In this document: piece by piece, positions 41,935 through 54,093 of the stretch
Layout: each line of letters opens with the position of its first letter
How positions within the stretch are numbered: the stretch's first letter is position 1
Source of the DNA: Phoronis australis
Lineage: Eukaryota > Animalia > Phoronida
Assembly: GCA_002633005.1 (NCBI GenBank)
Contig: NMRA01000001.1
Coordinates: 9,328-73,327, forward strand
Direction: 5' to 3'
DNA length: 64,000 bases
Position numbers and translations under genes: made by a program
The notes under the pieces: generated by a model
Seen by the model: only the letters and a program-made list of their open reading frames with translations
Database searches by the model: none
What the model was told of the DNA's origin: nothing

Positions 41935-42036
41935 GATGCCATGGCGATGAACAAGATGAACGTCTTCCACTGGCATATTGTCGACGATAACTCGTTTCCG
42001 TATGAGAGCAGAGTGTTCCCTGGTCTGAGCCAAAAG
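41935..42036 (+). CDS. HEXB: Beta-hexosaminidase exon
   Basis: [34 protein letters not shown]. Confidence 0.97.
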
Positions 42037-42659
42037 GTAAATAGTGGGTCTGTGTGGACAATTAACGTATGTTGCGAAAACTTTCATGCGTAATGTGCTT
42101 TGTTTCAATCTTATCACTAGTAGATATTAATTACTTCTTACTGGGTCTTTGCCTGTTTGAATAAACGATAACTGTTGGTTAGGCACTCAGATATCACACT
42201 ATTGAATCTTGTCGTAGTTGAACAGACTGCTGTAGTCAAGCCCATCCAGTCCTGCACCCCAATACGTATTTTCGTCTACCTCTTCTCCGTAATTCAACTT
42301 GAAGACTGAGGATACTTTGGTGAATGTGAAATTTTCTGCTCTGTACAGATTCAATGATCTCTGCAAAAACTGACAATAATTATTAATATCCCTTGCCCGA
42401 ATTATAACCAATGAAATGAGCATTGAATGCGAGCATGTTGCCGAAGTCACAAGGATGCTATTCAGAAATCCAAGGAAGTATCGTAGCCGACAAGCGAGTG
42501 TGCTAGAGATTAAAGTAACACCTGGCTGGTCGGTGATATTTTCAGTTGAAAAGGTGACTGTGCAAGTTTTGGAGATCAAGTGACTTTGTTCTAAGTTGAT
42601 GTGCGACTGTCATTGGTGTGAAAGGTATTTAACATTATCTGGCTTTGCTGTTTTTCTAG

Positions 42660-42973
42660 GGAGCATTTGAGCCCTACACCCATGTCTACACTCAGTCTGA
42701 TGTGGCAGAAATCATCGAGTACGCTCGTATCCGCGGCATTCGAGTAGTCCCCGAATTTGACACACCTGGTCACAGTCAATCCTGGGGCAAAAGTCAGCCA
42801 GACCTGCTGACCAAGTGTTACTCTGGAACTAAACCATCGGGTAGCTATGGTCCAATAGACCCCACTGTGAATACAACGTACACCTTCTTGACCTCATTTT
42901 TAAAAGAGCTATTCCAAGTGTTCCCCGATAAGTACATCCATTTAGGAGGTGATGAGGTTTCCTTTAGTTGCTG
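42660..42973 (+). CDS. HEXB: Beta-hexosaminidase exon with catalytic Asp-Glu
   Basis: [38 protein letters not shown]...[14 protein letters not shown]. Confidence 0.98.
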
Positions 42974-43294
42974 GTAAGTATATGAGTAATCCGGGTCACG
43001 GCACCAAAATGATTACGAAATGTCCTACTGGAAGAATCATCTTTGTGGTCGTACTCTCAAAACAATTTTATCAACAATTGTATCGGCAATGTTCCTTGAC
43101 TAGTTTCTATTGCCGTGCAATAGCACAATTCCTAAGTGGCGAGGTTGGCTCTAACATATGTTGGCATACCAAGAACTGCCAAACAACGAATCTTAGAAAT
43201 CGCTGACATCTTTTGAGTTTGCTCAAAATTAATTTGACAAAGAACAAATTTACAAGAATGGGAAGCAGCAGCTATCAAAAATATAAATGGTCGC

Positions 43295-43382
43295 TGTTAT
43301 TACAAGATGATGTCATGTTATTACAAGATGATGTCATGTTATTACAAGATGATGTCATATTATTACAGGATGATGTCATGTT
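43295..43382. repeat. 21-bp tandem repeat, 4 copies
   Basis: tgttattacaagatgatgtca x4. Confidence 0.9.
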
Positions 43383-43562
43383 TTCTTCAACTGAAAGAGC
43401 CCCATTGTATATCATGGAGAGAAAACTCTCATTAAATATCACCCTAGTACTGGTTGTGTTCTTACCCTTGTCTGGCTAACACAAGATGTTGCGTAGTGGA
43501 ATGTGTAAATGATTTACGCAAAACTGCTCGAGGTCACATTATCTACTTTTAACCACTTACAG

Positions 43563-43649
43563 GAAAAGTAACCCCTTAATTACGGCCTTCATGAACAAGA
43601 TGGGTTATGGAACTGACTACTCCAAGCTGGAGGGATTCTACATCGCAAG
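43563..43649 (+). CDS. HEXB: Beta-hexosaminidase exon
   Basis: (W)KSNPLITAFMNKMGYGTDYSKLEGFYIA(R), phase 2-2. Confidence 0.95.
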
Positions 43650-44802
43650 GTGAGGCTAATGGTAGCGCTTCAAAGTAACACCTGAAAATGTCTTGGACAT
43701 GTGTGTTAGCAATTCACTGGCAATTGAGACAAATCTTGTATGGAGATTGAACAGACATTGTAATCAAATAGTTTTCTGTATATTGCTGCGTGTTCTGTCT
43801 AATTTTCTGCCTCTGTTTTCATTTTTGTTGTATTTAATGCATCTCGGTTTGCTTTTTGGTGTCTTAAAGGAAAAATGTGACTTGGGTATTTGTCACGGAA
43901 GTCATTTGATAATTTCAATAACCATTTTCTGACAGCGGCCACCTGATGATGTTGAGAGGCTGTACGACACCTTGAAGTAATTCTAAAAGTGGCATAAGTG
44001 CCTATATCAGCTCTACCATTCTCACCTACAACATATTTTTGAAGTAAATTTCACGGTGTTCTCTGTTTTGTGCTACTAACGTTTCAAGCTGTTTCTTTCT
44101 GAATGTTTATTTATTTTTAAAGGCTCGTTCTGTCTGTATTGGGCTGCTTTAAAAGGATAAAATATTTATTGAATAATTAAATTCAGCTTCTGTTATCCAT
44201 TGAATAACACTTTGTGAGACATAATAGTATTTGTTTAATAAGAAAAGTATGGTGCATGTTACTGTTATTGCATCGTTGGTATCCGCCTCAAAACTTTTAT
44301 GTAAATTTGCCTCGGCAAACATAAAAGTTTAATCATGACAGACATAGGCTTGGTATTTTTTTCTACTTTTCTGTTTCCGTGTTGCACATTCTGAAATTTC
44401 TACTTATGCTCCCTGAGTTCTTTTTATGAGAAATGGCAAAGGAATAACAATTTTCAATTTGTTAACTTATGGTTCGCTTTTTGAGTCACCATTTATTTCT
44501 TAGTACAAATTCGTGGATTGAATTACCACAAAATTAAATGATTACTCATGGCAGTTCTTGAGTTTCACTCTAGAAGGTTACCTAAATATAGGGACAACGC
44601 ATATCTATGACATTGGTTGATGTGACAATAAATATCCCACAAATAAGTTCTCAATCAAACATCTTAATGACATACCTTCATGTTATTGGGCAAATCATGT
44701 ATAATCAAGTGTTTGTCATACAAGTTTATCATTTGCTAGGTAATCGGCAGTCACTGGGCAGTGACACTAACCCCCGTTTGTGTTTTTCCTTGATCATTTC
44801 GT

Positions 44803-46817
44803 TCAAGGCTTCACAGGAGGTTCTTTCCCATAACATCGTAATGCCCCCAATTGAAAGAATCCTTCTTCATCACTGTTCGACAGATCGCCGAAGCTCATTT
44901 TTGTGACCGGCAATGTAGTTTTGTCTGTCAACAGTCCAGCATCTGATCTCCACTGTGCATCATTGTTGTCGCAGTTACGCTTATTACCCGGAGTGTCACA
45001 GCCGTCAGTCATGCCGCAACCGCATTTCCCACTTCCTGGCCTGGCTCCGCCCCAGTAGTGCATCGGTGTGCCATCTCGGGAGTACCATGTGGCACTACCA
45101 GTGATGTGCCTGTCTACACACTCATATTTAATGTACTTTTCACAATTTGATGAAATTTCAATTAGTTTGACGATTTGAGGAATCGATGTGGTGTATTTAA
45201 CATCTCATGCTTCGGAATTCCCAGCATTCCTTCTTTGCTCAGAGTCGTGATGTACAATTGTGATTGGTTCCCCATAGTAATTTACCATATCGCACTCGAC
45301 TTCAAAGTGATTAACTCCTCCGGGGCCGTCAGGATCGATGATGTAAACACCATCTGTAGTAAATCCTGCATCGTACCAAGCCTTGCAACTGGACAGAACT
45401 GGAAAAAGTCACAAGCCTAAGTGAAGTTTACTGAGTTTTGAGATTCAGAGATCTAAGTGCCAATTCCCATATTCCAAACTAGTATTATTCGTTTCCGGAG
45501 GTAGAAAAATGCGTTGTGCATTTGACTTATTTTGTGAAATCTAGGACCAATAGCACACTTCTGGGCTGGATGTAAAAGTGAAGAATGTTCAATCATGCCT
45601 TTAACTTGGCTTTATTGTTTTCAGAATGCCAAATTGCACAGTTATGTAAAAGTAACATTTACTTATTAGCCTGTGTGCATTGTACAACTGTGGACTGAGT
45701 GCATTGTACAACTGTGGACTGAGTGCCCTTCGGCTGCATTGTATTGTGGTTACACCGCAGACTATTTCAGTAAATTCAAAGTTCTTTGTGGTTCCATTTT
45801 TCATCAAGAATTCGCACACAGGCAAGATGTCATCCAAATGTTTCACTTTGCAAAATCTGGAGAATTTTTTAGTTGTCTTTACATCACACCCATTGGCCTT
45901 TAAATCGCAAACTGCAGATGACAATGAAATATTAATTGGGCTTTAAGGAAATGATGATGTTTGTTAAGTGAAAAAGTGCATCCAACAAGCTGTTATCGTC
46001 CGACTCTGTTCTTTAATATATTGTTCAGATTGACTTTACAACTTGTTAATGCAGTCTTGCAGCGATTCAGTTCTCCCAGGTACTTGTCTTTCTCTTGGTG
46101 AGAGATGTTGAGAGTGTGAACATTGACTACAAGGTTTCCCAACAAGCCATTCTTTGTCTTCTCTCAAACGTCCAATTTAGTCTTCAGACGTAGACTTTTT
46201 ATGTCAAGTTGAGATTTAACATCAGAACATTTAGCGTGGTCATCCAGCATTGCGTTCAATCGGTTTTCTTTAACTAACCTTTCGGTTTCAAAATTGGATA
46301 GCTTTGTTTCCAATTCTGCGTTTTCAGCTTTCAGTCGAATAGATTCAATCACTACCTTGCTCAGTGCATTCTGCAGTTGTACCCTGGTGTAATTAACAGG
46401 GGGGCGGTGAGGTTGGAGAAACAGCGTCTAATGCCAGCAACAACAGCAGCACTGTCCACGGAGCCATCATGATGATTTCTTTCAGAAACTAAACTTTGTT
46501 TCAAAAATGGGAGGTANTCCAATTTAGTCTTCAGACCTAGACTTTTTATGTCAAGTTGAGATTTAACATCAGAACATTTAGCGTGGTCATCCAGCATTGC
46601 GTTCAATCGGTTTTCTTTAACTAACCTTTCGGTTTCACAATTGGATAGCTTTGTTTCCAATTCTGCGTTTTCAGCTTTCAGTCGAATAGATTCAATCACT
46701 ACCTTGCTCAGTGCATTCTGCAGTTGTACCCTGGTGTAATTAACAGGGGGGGGGTGAGGTTGGAGAAACAGCGTCTAATGCCAGTAACAACAGCAGCACT
46801 GTCCACGGAGCCATCAT
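44803..46817 (-). pseudogene. Nested antisense pseudogene: secreted coiled-coil protein with contactin-associated protein/neurexin-IV-type fibrinogen-like domain
   Basis: Signal peptide MMAPWTVLLLLLALDAVSP, then a +1 frameshift in a C-run, then a coiled coil (RLKAENAELETKL) with a stop at 46164-46166. The last exon 45398-44803 reads SCKAWYDAG..DGVYIIDPDGPGG..FEVECDM..IKYEC..MHYWGGA..CGCG..NCDNND..DAGLLTDKTTLPVT..FGD..LGALRCYG, with an in-frame TGA at 45205-45207. Confidence 0.8.
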
Positions 46818-48572
46818 GATGATTTCTTTCAGAAACTAAACTTTATTTCAAAAATGGGAGGTATGCCAAACCATCCACCTTACATCATTTTGTATAAAGA
46901 CCAATGTCTAGTATATTATCAAATGGGTTATCAGATCACAGTTTTAGTGATAAAAAGGTGATTAGTAAATGTTCTTCAGTTTTGGATTGTCTCTAAAATT
47001 TGAGTCACCAAAATTTAACCCAACCTTGAACTTTCTTTATTCCTTCAGATTGGCACATGGGGATTTTGGCGTTCTTCATATTTGTCAAATATCAGATGTA
47101 GCATTTTGAAACAAATTGGCATCTGAAAATAAATTTGGCAGTTTGTAAAATCGTAGAATAGAGCCGTCGACGCAACATTTTCAGGTGCCCCCTTAGAAGT
47201 GAATGGCCGTATAACGTTAATCATAATTCTTTGATTTGGAAGAGCCAGTGTAGCCCATTTATAAAATTTAGTACCTGGTCTGACCTTGAGCAAAGTAATT
47301 AGTGATTTTTTTTCACTGTGAAACGGAAGAATTCCTACTTTACGTCTAGTACTATCCTGTGATCTCAAATCACAGAGTTTCTTATGCCAAAATATACACC
47401 TTGTAAACAGACCAATGTCCACATGAAAAACAGTTATATCATGAAAAGTTTTGTGATGAGAATATGATTGACACGCAGCCTTGACATTGCAGACCGTGGT
47501 TTGGTATGTTGACCCCAGGGATACAGATACTATATATGTGTGTGTGTGTTTGATTTATCATCTACCATTTCGGAGACCACCTGATTCAATGCGCCCCTGT
47601 ACTGGGAAAAACCACAACAAACTGAAAAGTAGCATTGAATCACGTGTTCTCAGGAAATGGGAACAGCGACATGGCAACTGGTCACATAGGATCGTATTAC
47701 CAGGGACTCTAGAGGATGACGAGGTACTTTGTATCTTTAGTTTAAACACATCATGTCTAACCCCATTCATTGTGAAAGGTTCTTTTCACGAACTCCAATG
47801 TTTCCCTATGCCACCCACTGCAAAAACAAAGTAACTCCTGGTACAGCTAGGTGGCGCTACGATTTACTGGTTCCATGTGATCAACCCACAACCTTCCTTA
47901 AAGTGTCCCATTGTAACCACATTTTATGTGAAATTATTGCTTGGTAAATGAATACCAGCAATAGTAACTTACACGAGTAACATATTTTGGGAACCACTTC
48001 GGTGCCTGCTATTCATGGAAGAAAACTGGTTCTCAAAATTTGAGTCCCTTGGAAGTGACTTTCCCAAATACCAGTAATGCTTATGAAACAGTGGACTTCA
48101 ATTCACGAGAGCGTAATCCTTACCAGCCTTTGTCCATCTTCTTATGTCACGTCTGTTCCTGGGATATTTTGGTCTCGGATTTTTCTCAATTCGAGTCTTC
48201 TGATATTTTAAAATTTGCCAAGAAATCCTGTGCATTAGGTATGCTGTATGGAAGAATCCTGTCTTGTTATGGACACGATACTTCTTCACAGCATATTGTG
48301 ACTGAGGCTAAATTAACGAAAACAGGAAGTGAAGTCATCTGCTCAATGAAAGTGTTCGCTGAAGTATTGTTGGTGTAATAGTACATGTTGGTCCGTCCTT
48401 TAGTTCATTTGTGTTCCAATTAAGATTCAGTTAGAATGACCTAGTATGTATAACCGTATAGCAATTTGATGCGGTGAGATTTTGGAAACTAGCGATCCTC
48501 ACTGCTGAATATTTCCTAATGTTTGATAATTAATAAATTGTTCTTAAACATGAGCATTATTTTCTATTTCAG

Positions 48573-48651
48573 ATTGCTGGAGATCATCAAGTCCTTGTCT
48601 TCTGAGAAGGGTTATATCGTGTGGCAGGAAGTGGTCGATAATGGCGTAAAG
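48573..48651 (+). CDS. HEXB: Beta-hexosaminidase constitutive exon upstream of the alternative cluster
   Basis: LLEIIKSLSSEKGYIVWQEVVDNGVK|GTAGGT, ending in phase 0. Confidence 0.95.
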
Positions 48652-49540
48652 GTAGGTATAGTTCAATCCTGTAAGTTAATGTTACTACTGCGTTTTCTTG
48701 ACGATAATAATTTAAAGTCTTTTGAAGATGTCTGTAGGAATTTTTCGTAAGACTTTGTCTTTGGTTGCACGAAATTAGCTAATGGACACTGTGAAATGTC
48801 ATGAAAAGCAGATTTTTTGCTCATGTGTAAAAAAATCTCACCCAATCTACTTAGAATGAATTTGTATACTAGAAGCTGTGCTCCTTACAGGTTTTAGTTT
48901 ACAGTCTGTTATCAATTTTCTGTCATTTTTCTAAACCGTTAAAGAAAATTAGTGCACTTAATAGTGAGATTGACAGTTCAAATAAAAGGACAAAACTCCT
49001 TGTCAACTGAATCAAGAGATACTTGATTGTCCTCTCTATAAGGGCACCGTCTGTGCACCTGTAGCACAATGTATTGTAACAATAATGCAACAGTACCCAT
49101 AATGCAGTAATTCCCATAATTCAACGTCACCTATTCATCAGCACCCATACTGCAGCAATATCCACAACGTAAGTGACCTGTGGTTCAGAAACTTTTCTTG
49201 ACTCATGCTGATGTGTCCTTGAGCAAGCAACTGATTCAGTTGTGTTTTCCAGTGATTTTACTTCACAGTTAATGGCTAGCAGTCATTTCTGGGCTATAAC
49301 ATATACTGGGCTAGTGTTCCTCTCAGAGAGCTGAAAAAATCCTGACACTCGCACTGTAGGAACAAGAGTTTGTAACTGACAAAGTGAGCTAGATGGCTCA
49401 TGAAAAAATCCCCATGTTACTGCTTTCATGGTTCCACGACTCACACCCCTGTGCACAAGGAAAGAGCCTCAGTAGCAAAATATTCCAGGTTATGATGGTA
49501 CTTCAGTTTCCCATCATGCATTGTTACCCACAATTCTTAG

Positions 49541-49733
49541 GTTAAAAATGACACAGTGGTATCTGTGTGGAAGTACCATTGGGAGGGGCAGGAGCGACTT
49601 TACAAGGATGAACTGAGTAACGTCACTAGGCAAGGTTACCGGGTTGTTCTGTCCTCATGTTGGTATCTCAACGTGATTGATTACGGTGCCGATTGGCAGA
49701 AGTTTTATGGCTGCGAGCCCACAGGCTTCAATG
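49541..49733 (+). CDS. HEXB: Beta-hexosaminidase mutually exclusive exon A
   Basis: ttcttag|[65 protein letters not shown]|GTGAGT, 193 nt. Confidence 0.92.
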
Positions 49734-50725
49734 GTGAGTTAACCAGTACACGCATGCCCCACTGATGCTTAGCGCCCTCTTTAGGCTAATTGTTTAACTG
49801 CTGGATCTTCTATGCAGTAGTCTCCTGCATGCAGTGGTTCCTGGTTTTGGCTGACACATGCAATCGGCTCTGGTAACAAAGATCTCTTCTAGATGATGGT
49901 CTCTCCAATCAAAACAAATAGCTTGATTACAAGAACATCTTCATTGCTTGCAGCATGTGCAATTAAATGTAAAAACCTGAAATCTTTTTTTTGAATTCCA
50001 TTCTCAAGGATTGAGAGGTCTGCCTGAAAGAGGGTGTTTCTGTCAACTTGGTGCTCGTTTCCGACTCAAGAGCACAGACTTTTCTTATGGGATGTCTGCA
50101 ACCTCTGAAACAGATTAGCCACAGTAACGGCATTCTTTTGCAAATGAGTTGTTTGAAGTTGATGCAACTTACTGTCCAGTCTTGATATCAAAGTAAAGAT
50201 CAGTTCATGGTCAACACCGTGTCCAGCATCTGCAAGCTCATTGTCTTCTGTATGACAAACATCATCCTACCATGAGAGGGAGCACATGATTTTCACTGTT
50301 GTTTATATGATAGTATTAATATCCATCGGGTGCCTGACGTCTGTAGAATCCCACCGTCACATGACAGTCACGTATCTGTCACTCCTATAATGTGGCACTG
50401 GCATTTCTATGCCCCAAATTCCCACAGTAGGACGTTGTGTCCTGTCTTTATGTATTATGCATTGGGCGTTGTTGGAGCTAACAGTTGGCGGTCATCATTA
50501 ACTGTAACTCTTAAACACACAGACACATGATTCTGGTATGAAAGGGTTAACCATGATCCTTCACAAATGTAAACTACAGGAGGCGCCACTGTCTTAAACT
50601 GGCAATCATCCTCCCAGCAAAAGATAAACACAATGTAATGGAACACATGACTCTATACATGTCTGTTCAACTGAGTTTGTCCAATTTCTCCATTGTGAAC
50701 CACCATTACTTGTACTCTTCCTCAG

Positions 50726-50903
50726 GCCAAGGCGGACACAGTTGTGCATGTCTGGAAGGATGGTTCTAATTGGCCGAAGGAGATGTCCAAGGTAGTCAGC
50801 ATGGGCTACCAGTCCATTCTGTCCTCGTGTTGGTACCTGAACTATATTGCCTATGGTAACGACTGGAGGCAGTACTACAACTGTGAGCCGTACAACTTTA
50901 ACG
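50726..50903 (+). CDS. HEXB: Beta-hexosaminidase mutually exclusive exon B
   Basis: cctcag|[60 protein letters not shown]|GTGAGT, 178 nt. Confidence 0.92.
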
Positions 50904-51758
50904 GTGAGTCTGCTGCTGGAAATGGTCCCATGCTCTAGTCTGTCTCTTATCACACACTTCACAGCATTCATGTGAGAATTAATCAAATTTCAAGTACTGA
51001 CCACAGCAGTAAGTTCACAGAATACGGTTTGAGTTTCCATCTTTTCTTTTCTGTTACATTGCTTGGCTTCCCTGTGATTTTCAGGTTGGTGTTTACTCCA
51101 GCTTGCACATTGTGGTTGCTGCGTTAGCACTTTCTGACTCGTGTATTCATTGTGGTAGGGACTACAACTTAGATGACCAGACCTGTGAACACGGTCACGT
51201 TACAAATCGTCTACTTGTAATTCCCTTCTGTTTCTGTACTTCAGTAACTTGGTTAAGTAGCACAACTTTGTGTTGTGCTACCATTTGGTTGTTGTGCTTT
51301 TGGTTTTCTGCATCGGTCTCCTGTCTGTTGTCATGGATGCTGGTGCATTATGGGATGGGTGAAGGTGCATTATGGGATGGATGAAGGTTTATTATGGGTA
51401 CTGACAAAACAGGATTTGCTTGCCCCACCTGAAATATGACTTTTGGCAAACCAATGAATAAAATTTCTAACAAAATAACTGGTCAAATTTTCCTAACATT
51501 TTTTTCAGTCCAATCCAGTGGTTCTGTGATACAATGGCAGCAACTTATAGTTTTCAAAAATTGAAAAAAACATAATCAAAGCTGTTTTGTTTGGTCAAAA
51601 CTTGTCGGAAATAAATTGTAAAAACAATCGCAACGAGAAAGGTTTTCTCTGAAATTCTGGCGGTGTTCCTATGATCAGATATTTGACTTTTTTAATCTGA
51701 AAACCACTGTCCTCATTGGCCTTTGAATTCACCCGTGGCACCGATCATCTCTGCCTAG

Positions 51759-51942
51759 GTGGATCAAGAGAATGTTGTGGTTGAGGCTTGGCTTGGCCAC
51801 GATGGTGGTTTCAAACAGGAACTTGCTAAGCTGACCAAGGCAGGCTACAAGACAATACTGTCAGCTTGTTGGTACCTTGACTACATCTCGTACGGCTCGG
51901 AGTGGTATAAATACTATGACTGTGAGCCGGGAGATTTTGACG
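51759..51942 (+). CDS. HEXB: Beta-hexosaminidase mutually exclusive exon C
   Basis: gcctag|VDQENVVVEAWLGHDGGFKQELAKLTKAGYKTILSACWYLDYISYGSEWYKYYDCEPGDFD G|GTGAGT, 184 nt. Confidence 0.92.
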
Positions 51943-52742
51943 GTGAGTGTGTCGGTACCTGCCAGACCCATCTGCCTTGCCCCTTCCCCCCTCTGCTTAC
52001 GTATTGCTTGCCTTTGTTGCTTGTCTGTCAAACTTTCCTCTGCTTTCATGTCTTAAACTTTTGCGTATCTACACCGTATGTGTTTTCTTTTGGGGTAAAT
52101 CGTAAAATTTCTTCACGTCGGATATACAGTATGGAGGATGAGTTTAATTTACCCAAATTTCTTCAAAAAAAGTACAGCTGATGCTGAAATCAAAACATTT
52201 GGAAATTTGGGATCCTTTTTTGTCGACGAAATTTGTTGTTTGATAACAAAAAAACACTTTGAGCTGTTGTTATTTTTCCCCAAATTGAAGACTTTTTACT
52301 GAACTTAATGATCATTTTTGGATAGTGATAAACTACTTTGCAAGCTATTATGTCTAATTGTACTACTTAAGGTTTTGGGAATTTAAACTGTTTTTTAATG
52401 ACTGTTTATGTGTCACCATTAAATTACCATAGCGTTTTTGTATAACTTTTGTAAAAGTTTAACATGAGGCTGTCTAGCCTATTATTGTGTAGTTATTTTA
52501 TGTAATGAACTTACACTGCAAGTGGTAGTGATTTTGATAATGTGGATGGAGCGACACCTATTGGGATTTTGTCAAAATTTGGCCAGAATTGAACTGGATT
52601 GTAGTCGATAACGAACTTATTTAATTGTGTAAATGTGGCTTTGTGCATTGAAATGCCAAGTTTCATCATTTTCCAGTTTGTCTTGAAAACAGCTACAAAT
52701 CGCCACCCAGTGTGTTTAAATCTCTTCCATTTTAATTTTCAG

Positions 52743-52833
52743 GTACAGAAGCACAAAAGAAATTAGTTGTTGGAGGTGAAGCTTGCATGTGGGGCGAATA
52801 TGTCGATGGTACCAACGTTATTTCTCGCACCTG
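52743..52833 (+). CDS. HEXB: Beta-hexosaminidase exon
   Basis: (G)[29 protein letters not shown](W), phase 1-2. Confidence 0.97.
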
Positions 52834-53399
52834 GTAAGCACTTTCGTTTCATTGAAGTTCATTGGCACATTTTACATTCAATAGCCATCCTAAACAAGAG
52901 TGGAAGGGTCGAATTTTTATTGGATGTTGCTCTTTTGTTGAGCACTCTTTGAAGCAAGCTGGTATCTATGAACAAGAACATTCAGCAGCATTTACTGAAT
53001 TTTGTTCTGTGCTTTTGAAAGGGACCTTAAACCCAGTGGACTTAATAATTAAATTTACTTAACTTTGGTTTTCATTCATGGATTCGTGGGACTCAAAATC
53101 TTGGTAATTGACGAGTTGAAATTTCCAGTTACCTTAGTTTGAAAATGCCATAGTGTTTGATCCAAAGTTAGGTGATGAAATTAAGGTTGTCGAATAATTT
53201 TAACCATGTTGGATAAAATGATCCAATATTCCCCATTATTATGGTTGTGCGGAAGCCAAATTCATCGTCATAGTAGTCTTCCATCTTGACTGAGAATGAT
53301 GGGAAATGAACAGGAATGTTATTAACGTGGCCAAGTCATTTCCAGAATGTCCGTCACAAATATGTTGTGAACAAATGCTAATATCGTTTCACCTTTCAG

Positions 53400-53504
53400 G
53401 CCACGTGCCTCTGCTGTTGCGGAGAGATTGTGGAGTCCGCAGTCAGTCAAAGACTCGACAGCGGCGACGCCTAGGCTGAAGGAACAGCGTTGCCGAATGT
53501 TGAG
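53400..53504 (+). CDS. HEXB: Beta-hexosaminidase exon
   Basis: PRASAVAERLWSPQSVKDSTAATPRLKEQRCRML(R). Confidence 0.97.
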
Positions 53505-54093
53505 GTACGTGAGCCGAACACTAAAATTAGGTGAAATATAATGGACATTTGTTCAAATAAATTATTTCTGGTGCTCGTTCTTATTGTGATCTTGGACAGT
53601 CACAACAATTATCTAATTGATAGATCTTGTTTTTGGGGGTTTGCTTTGCAGCAAACTTTCAGCCAGAAGGAACTCTCGATTTCTCCACAATGAGCCAAGT
53701 CTTGTACAGTTGAGTAGGTACCGGTTGGGGCTATGTTGTCATTCTATGCACGTGATCATCATTTAATGCATCGTCCAGCACGATGACTTGACCAGCACCT
53801 TCATTGTCTTGTATGGTCTTATTGTGTAATACGACTTCAATATGACACCACTTTTTTGTTATGTTTTACAACCAAAAGCTTGGAACAGTTATTGTGTTAA
53901 CTAGCACCAGGTGCGTAATCTGACTGCCGAGAATAAGAGACTATTAGCGTAAATGAAATCTTTGTTTTCTGCAGAACATGTCTTAAGAGATACTACTGTA
54001 TACAATGTTTTGAGTGGGTAACAGTTGAAAGCATGAGCTTTAATAGTACACATCACGTCTATTGCATTTGATTACAAGTTGTTCTCTTTTCAG

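Noticed and set aside
45205-45207. In-frame TGA as selenocysteine or readthrough
   Set aside because: The same gene has a frameshift and other stops, the position is not an expected Cys, and no SECIS was seen.
46171-46863. 346-bp tandem duplication as a real exon duplication
   Set aside because: The two near-identical copies abut exactly at a single N (46517), the typical signature of unmerged overlapping contig ends or haplotypes.
51736-51959. Short local stems pairing the branch region with the donor of exon C (and similarly exon A)
   Set aside because: The matches are only 7-9 nt with mismatches and cannot be distinguished from chance without conservation data.
48652-52742. A fourth alternative exon, or the three exons as assembly duplicates
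   Set aside because: No further WYL/CEP-like segment was found. The three exons are highly diverged, have unrelated flanks and contain no N joins, so they are not artefacts.
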